Below are positions 1-9,837 of a DNA stretch of 32,000 nt, in pieces. The notes under the pieces are model-generated. The model saw only the letters and a list, made by a program, of their open reading frames with translations, ran no database searches and had not been told where the DNA came from. A program made the translations under genes and the position numbers. The stretch comes from Lachnospiraceae bacterium. Its GTDB lineage: Bacteria > Bacillota > Clostridia > Lachnospirales > Lachnospiraceae. Within the stretch, counting starts at the first letter, position 1, and each line of letters opens with the position of its first letter. Location of the stretch: NCBI GenBank assembly GCA_017615545.1, contig JAFZZY010000013.1, positions 69,675 to 101,674 on the forward strand. The letters are read 5' to 3'.

Positions 1-412
1 CCTTCATCGGCTTCGGTTTCTTTTTGCCTACGACCGGCGGGTGGAAATACTCAGTGAGCTCCAAACGCTCTACCCAATACTCAATACGGACTTTCGCATC
101 TTCTTTCGATACGTTCTTTAATGAAGCAAAATACAGGAGCTGATCCATCAGCGTGAACTTAGGATACAAGCCTCTCTCCTCCGCGAGATAACCTACATTC
201 GTCTCCATGGTGTCCAGTGGCTTTCCTTTCCACAGAACCTCACCGCTGTCTTTTGCGAGCATACCGAGCATCATACGCAAAGAAGTAGACTTACCTGCGC
301 CGTTGGTTCCCAAAAACGCATACACACCGGGATGTTCCAACGAAAACGAGATATGATCAACTACGGTCTTCTCTCCGTACTTCTTTGAAAGATTCGTTAC
401 TACAAGTGACAT
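1..412 (-). CDS. ABC transporter ATP-binding protein, N-terminal part (3' end runs off the left edge)
   Basis: Minus-strand ATG at 410-412 follows AGGAAA. The translation MSLVVTNLSKKYGEKTVVDHISFSLEHPGVYAFLGTNGAGKSTSLRMMLG... contains the Walker A motif GTNGAGKST. It is absent from the ORF track because it is truncated by the window edge. Confidence 0.85.
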   Translation of the reverse strand, partial: MSLVVTNLSKKYGEKTVVDHISFSLEHPGVYAFLGTNGAGKSTSLRMMLGMLAKDSGEVLWKGKPLDTMETNVGYLAEERGLYPKFTLMDQLLYFASLKNVSKEDAKVRIEYWVERLELTEYFHPPVVGKKKPKPMK

Positions 413-448
413 TTTCCTATCATCCTTTCTTGTATAAAATACTCATTA

Positions 449-477
449 AATATACCATCCGTAGTATTTATTTACAA
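449..477 (-). promoter_or_regulatory. Candidate sigma-A promoter for the partial ABC ATPase gene
   Basis: Minus strand reads TTGTAA (472-477), a 17-nt spacer, then TATATT (449-454). It lies about 37 nt upstream of the ATG at 412. Confidence 0.4.
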
Positions 478-528
478 GGCGTAAACCTTACGAATTCCTT
501 ACAGTTCCCTTAACAAGTGTAATAAATT

Positions 529-560
529 AAAAACGGAGCGTTGTCACGCTCCGTTTTTTT
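529..560 (-). terminator. Rho-independent terminator after htrA (symmetric, potentially bidirectional)
   Basis: A 12-bp stem, AAAAACGGAGCG (529-540) paired with CGCTCCGTTTTT (547-558), encloses the loop TTGTCA. A/T runs flank both sides. It sits 22 nt downstream of the htrA stop at 582. Confidence 0.8.
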
Positions 561-581
561 CTTCACATTGTAGTACCTGTT

Positions 582-2150
582 TTATTTTTCTTCGGTTTTC
601 GAAGATGTGTCCATATCCTTATAGAAACCAAGGGTTACCTCGACTTCATGATCGGAATAGGACCGACGTCCGCCGGTAACGTCCAAAGACTTATAGGAAA
701 CCTTGACCTTCTCTCCACCTTCATGGTAGGCCATCTCATTCAGAAGTTCATTCCAAGATGTGACCTTTACACCGTCAATAGCAGTGATGATATCGTAAGC
801 CATGATGCCGGCCTTATCAGCTGCTCCGCCTTCGATGACTTCTTCAACGAATGCGCCGGTTCCTTCATAAACCGACTGGTAACGCTCCGAGCAACGAATG
901 CCGAGAGAGCCCTTCTTCGCCTCATCCGTAACCTTCTGACGGGTCGCGCGGTTCATAAGATCATTGATAACTTCTTCCGCGTCCGTGATCGGGATCGCAT
1001 ATCCCATACCTTCAACGGTTTCATCGGAAAGTTTTGCAGAGTTGATGCCGATCAGGTTGCCATACATATCGAACAATCCGCCGCCACTGTTACCGGGGTT
1101 GATCGCTGCATCGGTCTGCAGGAAGGAACGTGTATAACCATCGGAGAATGTAACCTCACGGTTCAATGCGCTGATATAACCTACGGTCATGCACTGGCCG
1201 TAACCCATTGCGTTACCGATCGCGATAACGCCATTACCAACCTTCAGGTTGTTTGAGTCACCTACGACTGCGATCTTGATCGCGTTCAGGGTCTCTTCAT
1301 CGATATCAGAAAGTTTCACTGCGATAACTGCCAGGTCACGCTCTTCATCGGTGCCTTTGACATAAGCAGCGATCTCTTTATCGTTTACAAACTTAACGGA
1401 GATCTCACTGGATGTGATGCTCGCGTTGTAATAACTCTCAGGGATAACAACATGTGCGTTGGATACGATCAGAAGTTCGTCGTCATTCTTACCGATGATG
1501 ACGCCGGAACCTGCTCCCTTCAGTTCCTGCTGACCGGAACCGAAATAACGGGAGAAACTGGTCGAATAAACCGTCTTATTGGTTACTGCAACGACGGAAG
1601 GCATAACCTCGTCCACGATCGGGGAAACATCGAGCAATGTCGCGTTTACGTTCTTAGTCGTGTTGATGTCGCTACGGGTCAGAACGGAAGTGGTCGGTGT
1701 GGAAGCATCTTTGGTTACTTCTTTAGCAGTATCTTTACCTGCATCCGCAGTCGGCTCGTTCTTAGCAACATCTGCTGCAGTCGTTACATCATCTGCATTA
1801 TCATTCTTGTTTTTGAGGATCTGGCTTATACCGAGGATGCTTCCGACTACGATCAGCATGGTCAGGATCGCAATGACCGGTCCCATGAAAGAACCTTTGT
1901 GTCCGTTGCTTCCGGACGTCTGCGGTGCACTGTACTGGGAAGATCTGTAGTAGTCGTAATACGACGGCAACGGCCGGTTATCCTGCTTCGGCTCCGGTGC
2001 CGGTTGCTGCTCGGCTTTCGGTTCTTCCTGTGCCTTTACTTCAGGCACAGAAGTATCCTTCACCTCATCTTCTTTTACGGCTTCAGGTTCCGCCGCCTTC
2101 TTATCATTCTCTTCTGTATCGAAGTTGAAATAGAAATCTTTATCATCCAT
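582..2150 (-). CDS. htrA: HtrA/DegP-family trypsin-like serine protease with a membrane anchor and C-terminal PDZ domain
   Basis: Catalytic triad contexts SNAHVV, DLAVIAV and GNSGGGLFD are present. A PDZ-like segment GAFVEEVIEGGAADKAGIMAYDIITAIDGVKV follows. One TM helix (GPVIAILTMLIVVGSILGI) comes after an acidic, Pro-rich N-terminus. The ORF-track start at 2192 is GTG with no SD. The ATG at 2150 has AAGGAG (2161-2166) upstream and is preferred. Confidence 0.9.
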   Translation of the reverse strand: MDDKDFYFNFDTEENDKKAAEPEAVKEDEVKDTSVPEVKAQEEPKAEQQPAPEPKQDNRPLPSYYDYYRSSQYSAPQTSGSNGHKGSFMGPVIAILTMLIVVGSILGISQILKNKNDNADDVTTAADVAKNEPTADAGKDTAKEVTKDASTPTTSVLTRSDINTTKNVNATLLDVSPIVDEVMPSVVAVTNKTVYSTSFSRYFGSGQQELKGAGSGVIIGKNDDELLIVSNAHVVIPESYYNASITSSEISVKFVNDKEIAAYVKGTDEERDLAVIAVKLSDIDEETLNAIKIAVVGDSNNLKVGNGVIAIGNAMGYGQCMTVGYISALNREVTFSDGYTRSFLQTDAAINPGNSGGGLFDMYGNLIGINSAKLSDETVEGMGYAIPITDAEEVINDLMNRATRQKVTDEAKKGSLGIRCSERYQSVYEGTGAFVEEVIEGGAADKAGIMAYDIITAIDGVKVTSWNELLNEMAYHEGGEKVKVSYKSLDVTGGRRSYSDHEVEVTLGFYKDMDTSSKTEEK

Positions 2151-2260
2151 ATCCTTATTGCTCCTTTCAGTGACTGTGTATCTGTCACTCACTTTATGAC
2201 TCTATGATAAACCGAGTCTGTGAAAAAAGTGTGATGGAACATTTACTTTTTCATGAATTG

Positions 2261-3451
2261 TCACTGAAGTCCCACATAATTGAAATCCGAGTCGAATCCG
2301 GCATTTACGCGGATCGTTTCACTCAGATTCTTAACGAAATCAGAGCATTGATAATTCTGGGTACCATACAGATACTCGTGCAATTTCGAGACATTCAACT
2401 CAAGATTGATTGGAACGACACAGTTACCCATATATCCCATTTCGGTCCTCTGGGCAAACGGGAAGCCCTGGGAATCGTTGATGTGGACCTTTCCGATACT
2501 CGGGACCATTCCGATGAAATAGTCGATGATATCCTGTGCAGATTCGGCTTTACCATCGCTGGCGCCGATCAATGTCGAGGCCAATACATGGTCGACCATG
2601 GTGTTCAGAGTTCCAAGTGATGCGGACTTCGCCTTCACCAGCATCTTCGAGATAACTTCACGCTGACGCTGTGCGCGCATAAAGTCAGAGTCTCTCTTAC
2701 GAAGTCGACAGTATGCTACCGTCTGAACGCCATCGCAAAGCTGCAGGCCTGTGTGCTCGATATGTACGGACGGGATACCGGTCGACTGTACGATCTGGCT
2801 GATCAGGCCGTTGATATACGGAACTTCCTCACCATTGATGGTGACGGTCATCATGTTCTCCTTGATGTCCAGTTCCAGGCCGCCCAGGTCATTGACCAGT
2901 CTGGCTACGATAGACCAGTCAACGGCGATGAAACCATCGATATCCAGGTCGTAGTTTTTATTCAGCATCTGCATCAGGCTGTACGTGCCGAAATGCGATG
3001 CCTCCGAGTTGATCTTACCGAACGCTCCGTCCGAATGATAGAAATACGTATCACGGAAGATCGATACAAGTTTTACGTCTTTGGTTTCATTGTTGATGAC
3101 AGCCAGCATGATAACGTCTGCGTTACTACCCTTCGCAAGACGTTGCTGGGATTTTTCCGGGTTTTCGGAACTGTCGATACCGAATATGGCAAATGTCGTG
3201 AACTGCTTCGAGATCTTCTCCTGATAGCTCGGTTCAACGAAAGCATTCGTAGCGACCGTCTGTCCTTCCGGAACGACTAATACGTTGGCGCCTCCGATCT
3301 TCGTACGCAGATAGTACAGGCCGCACATCACGACCAGAAGCAGTACCTCCAGAATGGAAACTACCGTATATTTGATGACGCGGAGACGTTTGCGGCGTTT
3401 TCGCTGTTCGCGACGCAGCACACGCGCCTCCTGATCAAAGTTTTCTTCCAT
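2261..3451 (-). CDS. LCP (LytR-CpsA-Psr) family cell-wall glycopolymer ligase
   Basis: A basic N-terminus and one TM helix are followed by the typical LCP core NADVIMLAVINNETKDVKLVSIFRDTYF. The ATG at 3451 is preceded by GGAGGAGAGG. Confidence 0.9.
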   Translation of the reverse strand: MEENFDQEARVLRREQRKRRKRLRVIKYTVVSILEVLLLVVMCGLYYLRTKIGGANVLVVPEGQTVATNAFVEPSYQEKISKQFTTFAIFGIDSSENPEKSQQRLAKGSNADVIMLAVINNETKDVKLVSIFRDTYFYHSDGAFGKINSEASHFGTYSLMQMLNKNYDLDIDGFIAVDWSIVARLVNDLGGLELDIKENMMTVTINGEEVPYINGLISQIVQSTGIPSVHIEHTGLQLCDGVQTVAYCRLRKRDSDFMRAQRQREVISKMLVKAKSASLGTLNTMVDHVLASTLIGASDGKAESAQDIIDYFIGMVPSIGKVHINDSQGFPFAQRTEMGYMGNCVVPINLELNVSKLHEYLYGTQNYQCSDFVKNLSETIRVNAGFDSDFNYVGLQ

Positions 3452-3499
3452 AAAAATCCTCTCCTCCCCGCCCGTGCGGGTTTTTCGAACCTCATATTA

Positions 3500-4897
3500 C
3501 TAATATGCGTTCTTGTTAACAAATCCCTTAAAGAACGTCAAAAACAGTATCTTGACATCCAGTTTGAGCGACCAATGCTCAATGTAATAGAGGTCGCAGG
3601 CAATGCGCTCCGAGATCGATGTATCGCCGCGCCATCCATTGACCTGGGCCCAACCGGTGATGCCGGGACGCACCTGGTGTTTTACCATGTAACGCGGGAT
3701 CTCTTCTTTAAACTTCTCGACGAAGAACGGACGCTCGGGACGCGGTCCGATCAGGCTCATGTCGCCCTTCAGCACGTTGAAGAACTGCGGCAGCTCGTCG
3801 ATGCTGGTCTTACGTATGAACGCGCCGACTTTCGTAACGCGCGCGTCGTTTTTCGTAGTCCATTTGTCCTTCTCGCTCTCATCGGTCTGTACGACCATCG
3901 AACGGAATTTATACATTTTGAACGGACGGTTATGCTTTCCGACACGCTCCTGCTTAAAGATCACGCCGCCCTTCGACGTAGTCTTGACCAGGATCGCAAC
4001 GACCAGCATGACCGGTGAAAACAGAATGATCGCAAATAAACTGCCGAATATATCCATGGCACGCTTGATGGCAGCATTGCCCCAACTCATGAGCGGCACG
4101 TAACGAATATTGATGACCGGCAGGCCCTGCATATCTTCGGTGTACGGCTGCGTGGGCAGCACGTTCATGTAGTCCGGGATGAACTTCGTATGTACGCCCG
4201 ACTTCTCGCACGTATTTACCACCGTCTTCAGTTTGCTATGCTCCGTCAGTTTCAGACAGATGACGATCTCGTCGGTCTCATTCTTCTCCAGGAGGGACGT
4301 CAGGTCCTCGGTCGTTCCGATCACGGGAACATCCTTGTAAGCGTGGCCTGTCTCCTTCTCATCATCGAGAATACCCACGATGTGGTAGCCCCACTGGGGA
4401 TTTGCGCTGACGCGGTCAATGTATGCCTTCGCCGTCTCACTGTAGCCGACGATCACGACCTGACTCTGATGCTTACCCTTAGCATACGAGCGATCGATGA
4501 TCTTTCCTACAATGACACGCTCGATAAACATGAGTACCGTATCCAAAACTGCGAAATACACGAGGAACAGACGGGAGAAATTCTCGACCTTGACGAAGAA
4601 CAAAAACAGCGTCAGGAACAGGGTTCCGAACACATTGCCCTCGGTGATCAGGAACAAAAGCGCCCCCTTCGACTGCGTCCGCATGTTGCTGTAAAGCGTA
4701 ACAAACATATAACTGAGCAGGAAAACGGGAAATACGAATGCCATGCTCTTCAGATACAGTTCAAAGATCTCTATGTAGTTTTGGTCATCTAAAAGGACCA
4801 GTTTAAACCAGTACGTCAGCCAGTAGGTCGCTACCAGAACGAGCAGGTCGAACATAAAATAGATCAGACCGACTGCGCTTCGTTTGTCATTCTTCAC
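3500..4897 (-). CDS. Polyprenyl-phosphate glycosyl-1-phosphate transferase (WbaP/CpsE/EpsL-type 'bacterial sugar transferase'), the initiating enzyme
   Basis: It has N-terminal TM helices. The conserved C-terminal domain reads KRAMDIFGSLFAIILFSPVMLVVAILVKTTSKGGVIFKQERVGKHNRPFKMYKFRSM...DELPQFFNVLKGDMSLIGPRPERP. The start is GTG at 4897 with GAGGTG 7 nt upstream. Confidence 0.9.
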   Translation of the reverse strand: MKNDKRSAVGLIYFMFDLLVLVATYWLTYWFKLVLLDDQNYIEIFELYLKSMAFVFPVFLLSYMFVTLYSNMRTQSKGALLFLITEGNVFGTLFLTLFLFFVKVENFSRLFLVYFAVLDTVLMFIERVIVGKIIDRSYAKGKHQSQVVIVGYSETAKAYIDRVSANPQWGYHIVGILDDEKETGHAYKDVPVIGTTEDLTSLLEKNETDEIVICLKLTEHSKLKTVVNTCEKSGVHTKFIPDYMNVLPTQPYTEDMQGLPVINIRYVPLMSWGNAAIKRAMDIFGSLFAIILFSPVMLVVAILVKTTSKGGVIFKQERVGKHNRPFKMYKFRSMVVQTDESEKDKWTTKNDARVTKVGAFIRKTSIDELPQFFNVLKGDMSLIGPRPERPFFVEKFKEEIPRYMVKHQVRPGITGWAQVNGWRGDTSISERIACDLYYIEHWSLKLDVKILFLTFFKGFVNKNAY

Positions 4898-4924
4898 GTT
4901 GGATCACCTCAAAAATCAATTTCC

Positions 4925-5917
4925 TTACTTCTCTTCTTTGTTGAATACGCGCCTCTCCAAAAACTCAAACGTATAGGCAAATGTTCCGAAGAACATCTGC
5001 ATCTCAATATCCAGATAATTCTTGAAATTCTTACGCTCATACTTCACGCGCTTGCACTTGCGTACCGTTTTCAGTCCTTCTTTCAGACCGCTCAGATATT
5101 CCTTACCAAGTCCCATGCTTGCAAAGAAACCGATCTTGATGAGATAGCCGAGCAGGAAGATCGGCGAATTCAGAAGCAAAAGGAGGTTCGGCAGGTTCTT
5201 ATAGTGCAGGTACAGGCTGTTCCGGGCCGTAAGGCGCACTTTAAACGGATTGTACTTCGAACCGCTCGTGCCACTGCCGACATGGTAAACGATCGCCTTC
5301 GGAGCGTAGATGTTTTTGTATCCCTTGATATTCGCACGGAAACCCAGATCGATGTCTTCCAGGTATGCGAAATGCATCTCATCGAAGATTCCGATCTCAT
5401 CAAACAGGGCACGACGATAGATCGCTGCGCCTGCGCATGCGGAAAATACGCGCTTCGGCTTCCGGTATGCATCAACGGGCTGATGGATGCCGCGCTGGAC
5501 GGCCCAGCCGAACATCGTATAGAGGTCGCCCGCATCATCCATGAGATTCCGCTTATAAAAACTGATCATGCTACTGCTTACGGAGAAGATGCGGTCATCC
5601 TTCTCGATCGCCTTGATCATCTCCTCAACGTAGTGCGGATCCGACTCCGTATCGTTATTGAGCAGGATGACATAAGGCGTCTTGCACTGCAAGATACCAT
5701 AGTTAACGCCGCCGGCGAAACCGAGGTTCGTCTCCATGACATCCACACGTACCTCGGGATAATTCTCCCTCAGATACGGTACACTCTCATCGACGGATGC
5801 ATTGTCCACGACCAGGACCTCAAAGTCCTGACAGGTCTGCGCCCGAAGTGAGTTCATACAGGTTTCCAAAAACTGATATCCGTTATAGTTCGGAATAACG
5901 ATCGTAACTTTCTTCAT
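4925..5917 (-). CDS. Family 2 glycosyltransferase (rhamnosyltransferase-like)
   Basis: N-terminal GT-A signature VTIVIPNYNG...VLVVDNASVDES...LLNNDT, and an EDIDLGFR motif. Confidence 0.85.
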   Translation of the reverse strand: MKKVTIVIPNYNGYQFLETCMNSLRAQTCQDFEVLVVDNASVDESVPYLRENYPEVRVDVMETNLGFAGGVNYGILQCKTPYVILLNNDTESDPHYVEEMIKAIEKDDRIFSVSSSMISFYKRNLMDDAGDLYTMFGWAVQRGIHQPVDAYRKPKRVFSACAGAAIYRRALFDEIGIFDEMHFAYLEDIDLGFRANIKGYKNIYAPKAIVYHVGSGTSGSKYNPFKVRLTARNSLYLHYKNLPNLLLLLNSPIFLLGYLIKIGFFASMGLGKEYLSGLKEGLKTVRKCKRVKYERKNFKNYLDIEMQMFFGTFAYTFEFLERRVFNKEEK

Positions 5918-5944
5918 ACTCTTTGCCGAAAACCGGCTTCTCCT

Positions 5945-6703
5945 TTATTGTTCCAAAAACTGTTTGCGATAAGCGTCGCAAACCTCGTCGGCTTCGCCGA
6001 TCATGTGGACCTTACCATGGTCCAGCCAAACGACCCGGTTACACATCTCACGGATCTGGTCAATGTTATGTGAAACGAACAGTACCGTGGTACCGCCGCT
6101 CATCAGCTCCATCATACGCTTTTTACTCTTCTCCTGGAAGCGCTCATCACCGACCGCCAGGACCTCATCGACGATCAGGATCTCCGGTTCTACAACAGTC
6201 GCGATGGAAAACGCGAGTCGCATCAACATACCGGAGGAATAGTTCCGAAGCGGCGTATGAATAAATTCTGCCAGCTCGGAAAATGCAACGATCTCGTCGT
6301 ACTTCGAGTGGAGGAACTCCTTCGAATAGCCGAGGATCGCACCGTTCAAAAAGATGTTTTCATGTCCTGAGAGATCGTAGTCGAAACCGGAACCGAGTTC
6401 CAGCATCGGAACGATATTGGCGCCACGCCAAACCTTGCCCTTCGTCGGGCGCATGATCCCGGAAATGATCTTCAGGAGTGTACTTTTGCCGGCTCCGTTG
6501 TGACCGATTAGGCCGACAACATCACCGCGCTGTATGGTAAAATCCACATCTTCCAAAGCATGGAAAACTTTGAATTTCACTTTCCGTTTTGCGAGGGCAG
6601 TCATCATCTCTTTGATGCTGCTGATACGATCATTCATCAGTCGGAAATTCATCGAGACATTTTCGACGCGTATCATATCCTCTTTCATAATACTCTGGTC
6701 CAT
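5945..6703 (-). CDS. Polysaccharide/teichoic-acid export ABC transporter ATP-binding protein (Wzt/TagH/RgpD-like, no C-terminal carbohydrate-binding domain)
   Basis: Walker A GHNGAGKST, signature YSSGMLMRLAF, Walker B ILIVDEVLAVGD. It is adjacent to an ABC-2 permease gene. Confidence 0.9.
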   Translation of the reverse strand: MDQSIMKEDMIRVENVSMNFRLMNDRISSIKEMMTALAKRKVKFKVFHALEDVDFTIQRGDVVGLIGHNGAGKSTLLKIISGIMRPTKGKVWRGANIVPMLELGSGFDYDLSGHENIFLNGAILGYSKEFLHSKYDEIVAFSELAEFIHTPLRNYSSGMLMRLAFSIATVVEPEILIVDEVLAVGDERFQEKSKKRMMELMSGGTTVLFVSHNIDQIREMCNRVVWLDHGKVHMIGEADEVCDAYRKQFLEQ

Positions 6704-6736
6704 ACCAAACTCCGCTCGACGGCGCTAGGCCGACGA

Positions 6737-7720
6737 TTATATGTAAAAAATGAACTTATCTTCTGTCTTCTTAAATACCAGCAGGCCGAGGGCGAACATG
6801 CCGACGGAAAATGAAGCACAGATCAATGTCTCCTGCGCTGTAGGTACCTGCTGAAGGATGACGATCTGACGCACAAAATCAATGTAATGATACAGCGGGT
6901 TGAACATCATCAGCTTCTGAACCGTTTCCGGCAGGATGCCGACGTCGTAAATGATAGGGGTCGCATACATCCACATCGTAGAGAAAACACCCCACAAAAA
7001 CTCGATATCCCGGAAGAATACCACACAGGATGAAAGCAGGTATCCCATGCCTAAGGTGAATACCATCAAAAACAGAAGGCCGAGAGGCAATGCCAGGATC
7101 GAGAAGTTCGGCCAGAGTTTGTTGAACAAAACGATGATATACAGCGGAAGGATCGAAAGCGCGAGGTTGATTCCTGCGCTCAGAACCTTCGTCGTCGGGT
7201 AAATGACCTTCGGAACGTAGACCTTCGTGATCAGGGATGCATTGTACACGATGGAACGCAGTGCCTGGTTACAACAATCATTGAAACCGCTGAACATGAT
7301 GATACCGACCAGCAGGTAAACTGCGTAATGCTCGAGCATCGGATTCTGTCCGCCCATATTACGAAGTTTCATCAGGTTGACAAAAACGAAGTACTGGACC
7401 GCCATCATGAGCAGAGGATTCAAAAAACTCCAGAAGATACCGAGAACGGATCTCTTATATTTCGTCTTGAAATCTCTCGCGACCAGCTGCTCGATCAAAA
7501 ACGAAAAGCGCTGCAACGCCGCCTGGATCCGGCTCAGGACCGTCGGCTTCTTTTTCGAGACCAGTCTTGATCCGAGCAACCAGAAAACGAACAACAACGT
7601 CACGCCTAAAACGACGTAGGACCATGTATTCGGCTCCCGAATGACCTGATATATGGATATGCCCAAAAGGTATACGATGATACCATAAAAGGCAAAGGTG
7701 ATCTTAGTTGAAAAGTTCAT
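6737..7720 (-). CDS. ABC-2 type polysaccharide export permease (Wzm/TagG/RgpC-like)
   Basis: Polytopic membrane protein carrying the typical motif LVARDFKTKYKRSVLGIFWSFLNPLL. It lies immediately upstream of its ATPase partner. Confidence 0.85.
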   Translation of the reverse strand: MNFSTKITFAFYGIIVYLLGISIYQVIREPNTWSYVVLGVTLLFVFWLLGSRLVSKKKPTVLSRIQAALQRFSFLIEQLVARDFKTKYKRSVLGIFWSFLNPLLMMAVQYFVFVNLMKLRNMGGQNPMLEHYAVYLLVGIIMFSGFNDCCNQALRSIVYNASLITKVYVPKVIYPTTKVLSAGINLALSILPLYIIVLFNKLWPNFSILALPLGLLFLMVFTLGMGYLLSSCVVFFRDIEFLWGVFSTMWMYATPIIYDVGILPETVQKLMMFNPLYHYIDFVRQIVILQQVPTAQETLICASFSVGMFALGLLVFKKTEDKFIFYI

Positions 7721-7732
7721 GGATGACTCCTC

Positions 7733-8674
7733 TTAGTTTCGATCGGTGTTTTCCTGACGGGAAAACCACCAGTTGCTGGCCGTGCAGAAACGCACCAGCT
7801 TCTTCGGAAGCTTTTTGTATCGCTTACCGAGGAAATACCCTGCGTATTTCGCCACACAGGAGGCAAAGAAAAACAGGAACGAAAAGATCCGTCCGCGATG
7901 CAACATCTGTTTGGAAACGGTCTTCACCATGCTCGCGCCCTCTTTCTCCGAGCTGACAGCGGCAAATACCTCCGGATGCTCCGTCTGGGAAACAGCCATG
8001 TCAAAGCTACGACGGAAATACTGCATCAATGAATAGTTGTGGGAATGCATGACCATTGCCTGCGGTTCGTAAGCGATGCGATATCCTGCATTGACCACTT
8101 TCGCGGCGAACACCATGTCCTCATTAAAGATAGCACCATGTTCGAAACCGCCAAGTTTTTTATAAACATCCCGCCGATAAACGGCACAGACATTGGAACA
8201 AAAATAGGTTTTGACACCGAGGTCCTCCAGATCTTCGGAAGATTTGATCCTCTCCTGTGCCGGATAGTTGAAATTCCGCGTCAGGCGCTCGGTCAGATTG
8301 CAATCCTTCGTCGGTATCTGGCGCGCATACGCAGCTGCGATGTCGGGATCGGTCTTCAGCGGCGCCGTCAGATACTTCGTCAGCTTCGCATTGACCACCT
8401 TCGCATCCTGGGTCATAAACAGCAGAAAATCCGCGCGGGACGATTTCGCGCCCAGGTCGCGCGCATAACCGTGGTCAAACTCAGACTGCGGGATATGCTT
8501 CACGATGACCTTGCGGCCGAAAGGCTTCACCAGCGCCGGATCGAAGTACTCTTCGTCCGTGTTGATGATGCGCACGTTCCTCACGGGAACCTCTTGCTTA
8601 TACAGAGCCCGGATCAGCGCCGTGAGCTCTTTTCCCGGTTTGTAGGTCGGGATGATAACATCGATCGTGTTCAT
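7733..8674 (-). CDS. Family 2 glycosyltransferase
   Basis: IDVIIPTYKPG start, a DxD-like FMTQDA motif, and a C-terminal amphipathic/membrane-associated tail. It overlaps the upstream gene by 4 nt. Confidence 0.85.
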   Translation of the reverse strand: MNTIDVIIPTYKPGKELTALIRALYKQEVPVRNVRIINTDEEYFDPALVKPFGRKVIVKHIPQSEFDHGYARDLGAKSSRADFLLFMTQDAKVVNAKLTKYLTAPLKTDPDIAAAYARQIPTKDCNLTERLTRNFNYPAQERIKSSEDLEDLGVKTYFCSNVCAVYRRDVYKKLGGFEHGAIFNEDMVFAAKVVNAGYRIAYEPQAMVMHSHNYSLMQYFRRSFDMAVSQTEHPEVFAAVSSEKEGASMVKTVSKQMLHRGRIFSFLFFFASCVAKYAGYFLGKRYKKLPKKLVRFCTASNWWFSRQENTDRN

Positions 8675-9477
8675 CGTTTAGTTACTGTATCCTCCGATCT
8701 TCTGTAAAAACGAGTGAGCGGTTTAGCGATAAATGCAGGCCAGAACCTGCGGAACATCGCGAGGTCTTCCGACGTGCGTCCGTTCTCCATGATCATCTTA
8801 TTCGTCGTCGCCTCGTCGTGAATGCGATGCGACATCAACACCTCATGGATGTATGAGAACCTGCCCTTTTTGCGTGAAAGGATCTCCCACGCGCTCCAGT
8901 CGACGTTGCTCTTCATCTTGCCGGCGAAGAGTTTCTTTGGCATCTTCTCCGTGGCAAATGTCACCGACGGACAGCAGATACCGTTCCCGAAAGCGATCGA
9001 CGACCGCTTTATGAGTTTGAACGGCTGCAGACAGCGGAACCGCAGCGGGAACAAAAGGATCTTTTTGATCCGAAGATTGACATTGACCGGAAGGGTATCT
9101 CCGTTCGTGTCGATCTCGCGGTAATCGGTAAATGCGATCAGCGTATCCTCGCGGAACTCGCGGATCACGCGGGCAGAAAACTCGGGATCATAACAGTCGT
9201 CCTGGTGGGCGACCGTGACCAGCGGCGTTTCGCCGGCGAGTCTTGCAAAATCAAAATCGTAACCGATTCCCTTCTTCTCGGGGTTTACGATCACAGGGAT
9301 TTCGTAGCGCTCTGCGATGCGGTCAATGTGTGCATTCGGCGTGGAAGTCGCGATCACCACCCGGCTCGGGTACTTCTGCGCCAGAACCGAACGAACGCAA
9401 GCCTCCAGATACTGCGACTCCTTATAGGCACATATAACGAATGTATGCAGGATCTCCTTTTCGGAACTACTCTTCAT
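8671..9477 (-). CDS. Glycosyltransferase (GT2-like)
   Basis: Contains FVICAYKESQYLEACVRSVLAQ and a HQDDCYDPEF acidic motif. It sits inside a glycosyltransferase run and overlaps both neighbouring genes. Confidence 0.75.
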   Translation of the reverse strand: MKSSSEKEILHTFVICAYKESQYLEACVRSVLAQKYPSRVVIATSTPNAHIDRIAERYEIPVIVNPEKKGIGYDFDFARLAGETPLVTVAHQDDCYDPEFSARVIREFREDTLIAFTDYREIDTNGDTLPVNVNLRIKKILLFPLRFRCLQPFKLIKRSSIAFGNGICCPSVTFATEKMPKKLFAGKMKSNVDWSAWEILSRKKGRFSYIHEVLMSHRIHDEATTNKMIMENGRTSEDLAMFRRFWPAFIAKPLTRFYRRSEDTVTKR

Positions 9478-9823
9478 CCCTCTTTACCTCATCTTCGTCC
9501 ATGTGATCCAGAGCATATCTCTGGGACAGTTCTTTGACCTTTGACTCCAGCTGGGAAACGCGGATCGTCATGTAGAACAGCTTCAGCAGCAGGATGAAGA
9601 TCATAAACAAAAAGAGGAAATTCACCGGTGCCTGGATGCCCAAAAGATCGCAGCACCACGAAGAGATCTGAGGGAAGATGCTGATGATGACCAGACCAAA
9701 CGCTCCCACGATCCAGAAGATCGCGTCGTCGATCCGCACTTTTGACTGTGATATCTTTCGTAGCGTAAAGAGCAGGCAAAGCACTGATGCTACGATCAAT
9801 ACGACTCTGAGTGTATCTGACAT
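9467..9823 (-). CDS. DUF2304-family small membrane protein (GacJ-like partner of a polyprenyl-phosphate sugar synthase)
   Basis: 118 aa with three TM helices followed by a C-terminal coiled segment (RVSQLESKVKELSQRYA). This is the characteristic size and layout, and it lies directly downstream of a GtrB-like GT2. Confidence 0.8.
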   Translation of the reverse strand: MSDTLRVVLIVASVLCLLFTLRKISQSKVRIDDAIFWIVGAFGLVIISIFPQISSWCCDLLGIQAPVNFLFLFMIFILLLKLFYMTIRVSQLESKVKELSQRYALDHMDEDEVKRDEE

Positions 9824-9837
9824 ATCCTTCCTCCAAA

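Noticed and set aside
3467-3485. GC hairpin CCCGC-ccgt-GCGGG followed by TTTTT, between the sugar transferase and LCP genes. It looks like a terminator.
   Set aside because: The T-run follows the stem only on the plus strand, where there is no gene. On the coding (minus) strand the stem is followed by the LCP RBS, not by a U-tract. At most it is a weak pause or stability element.
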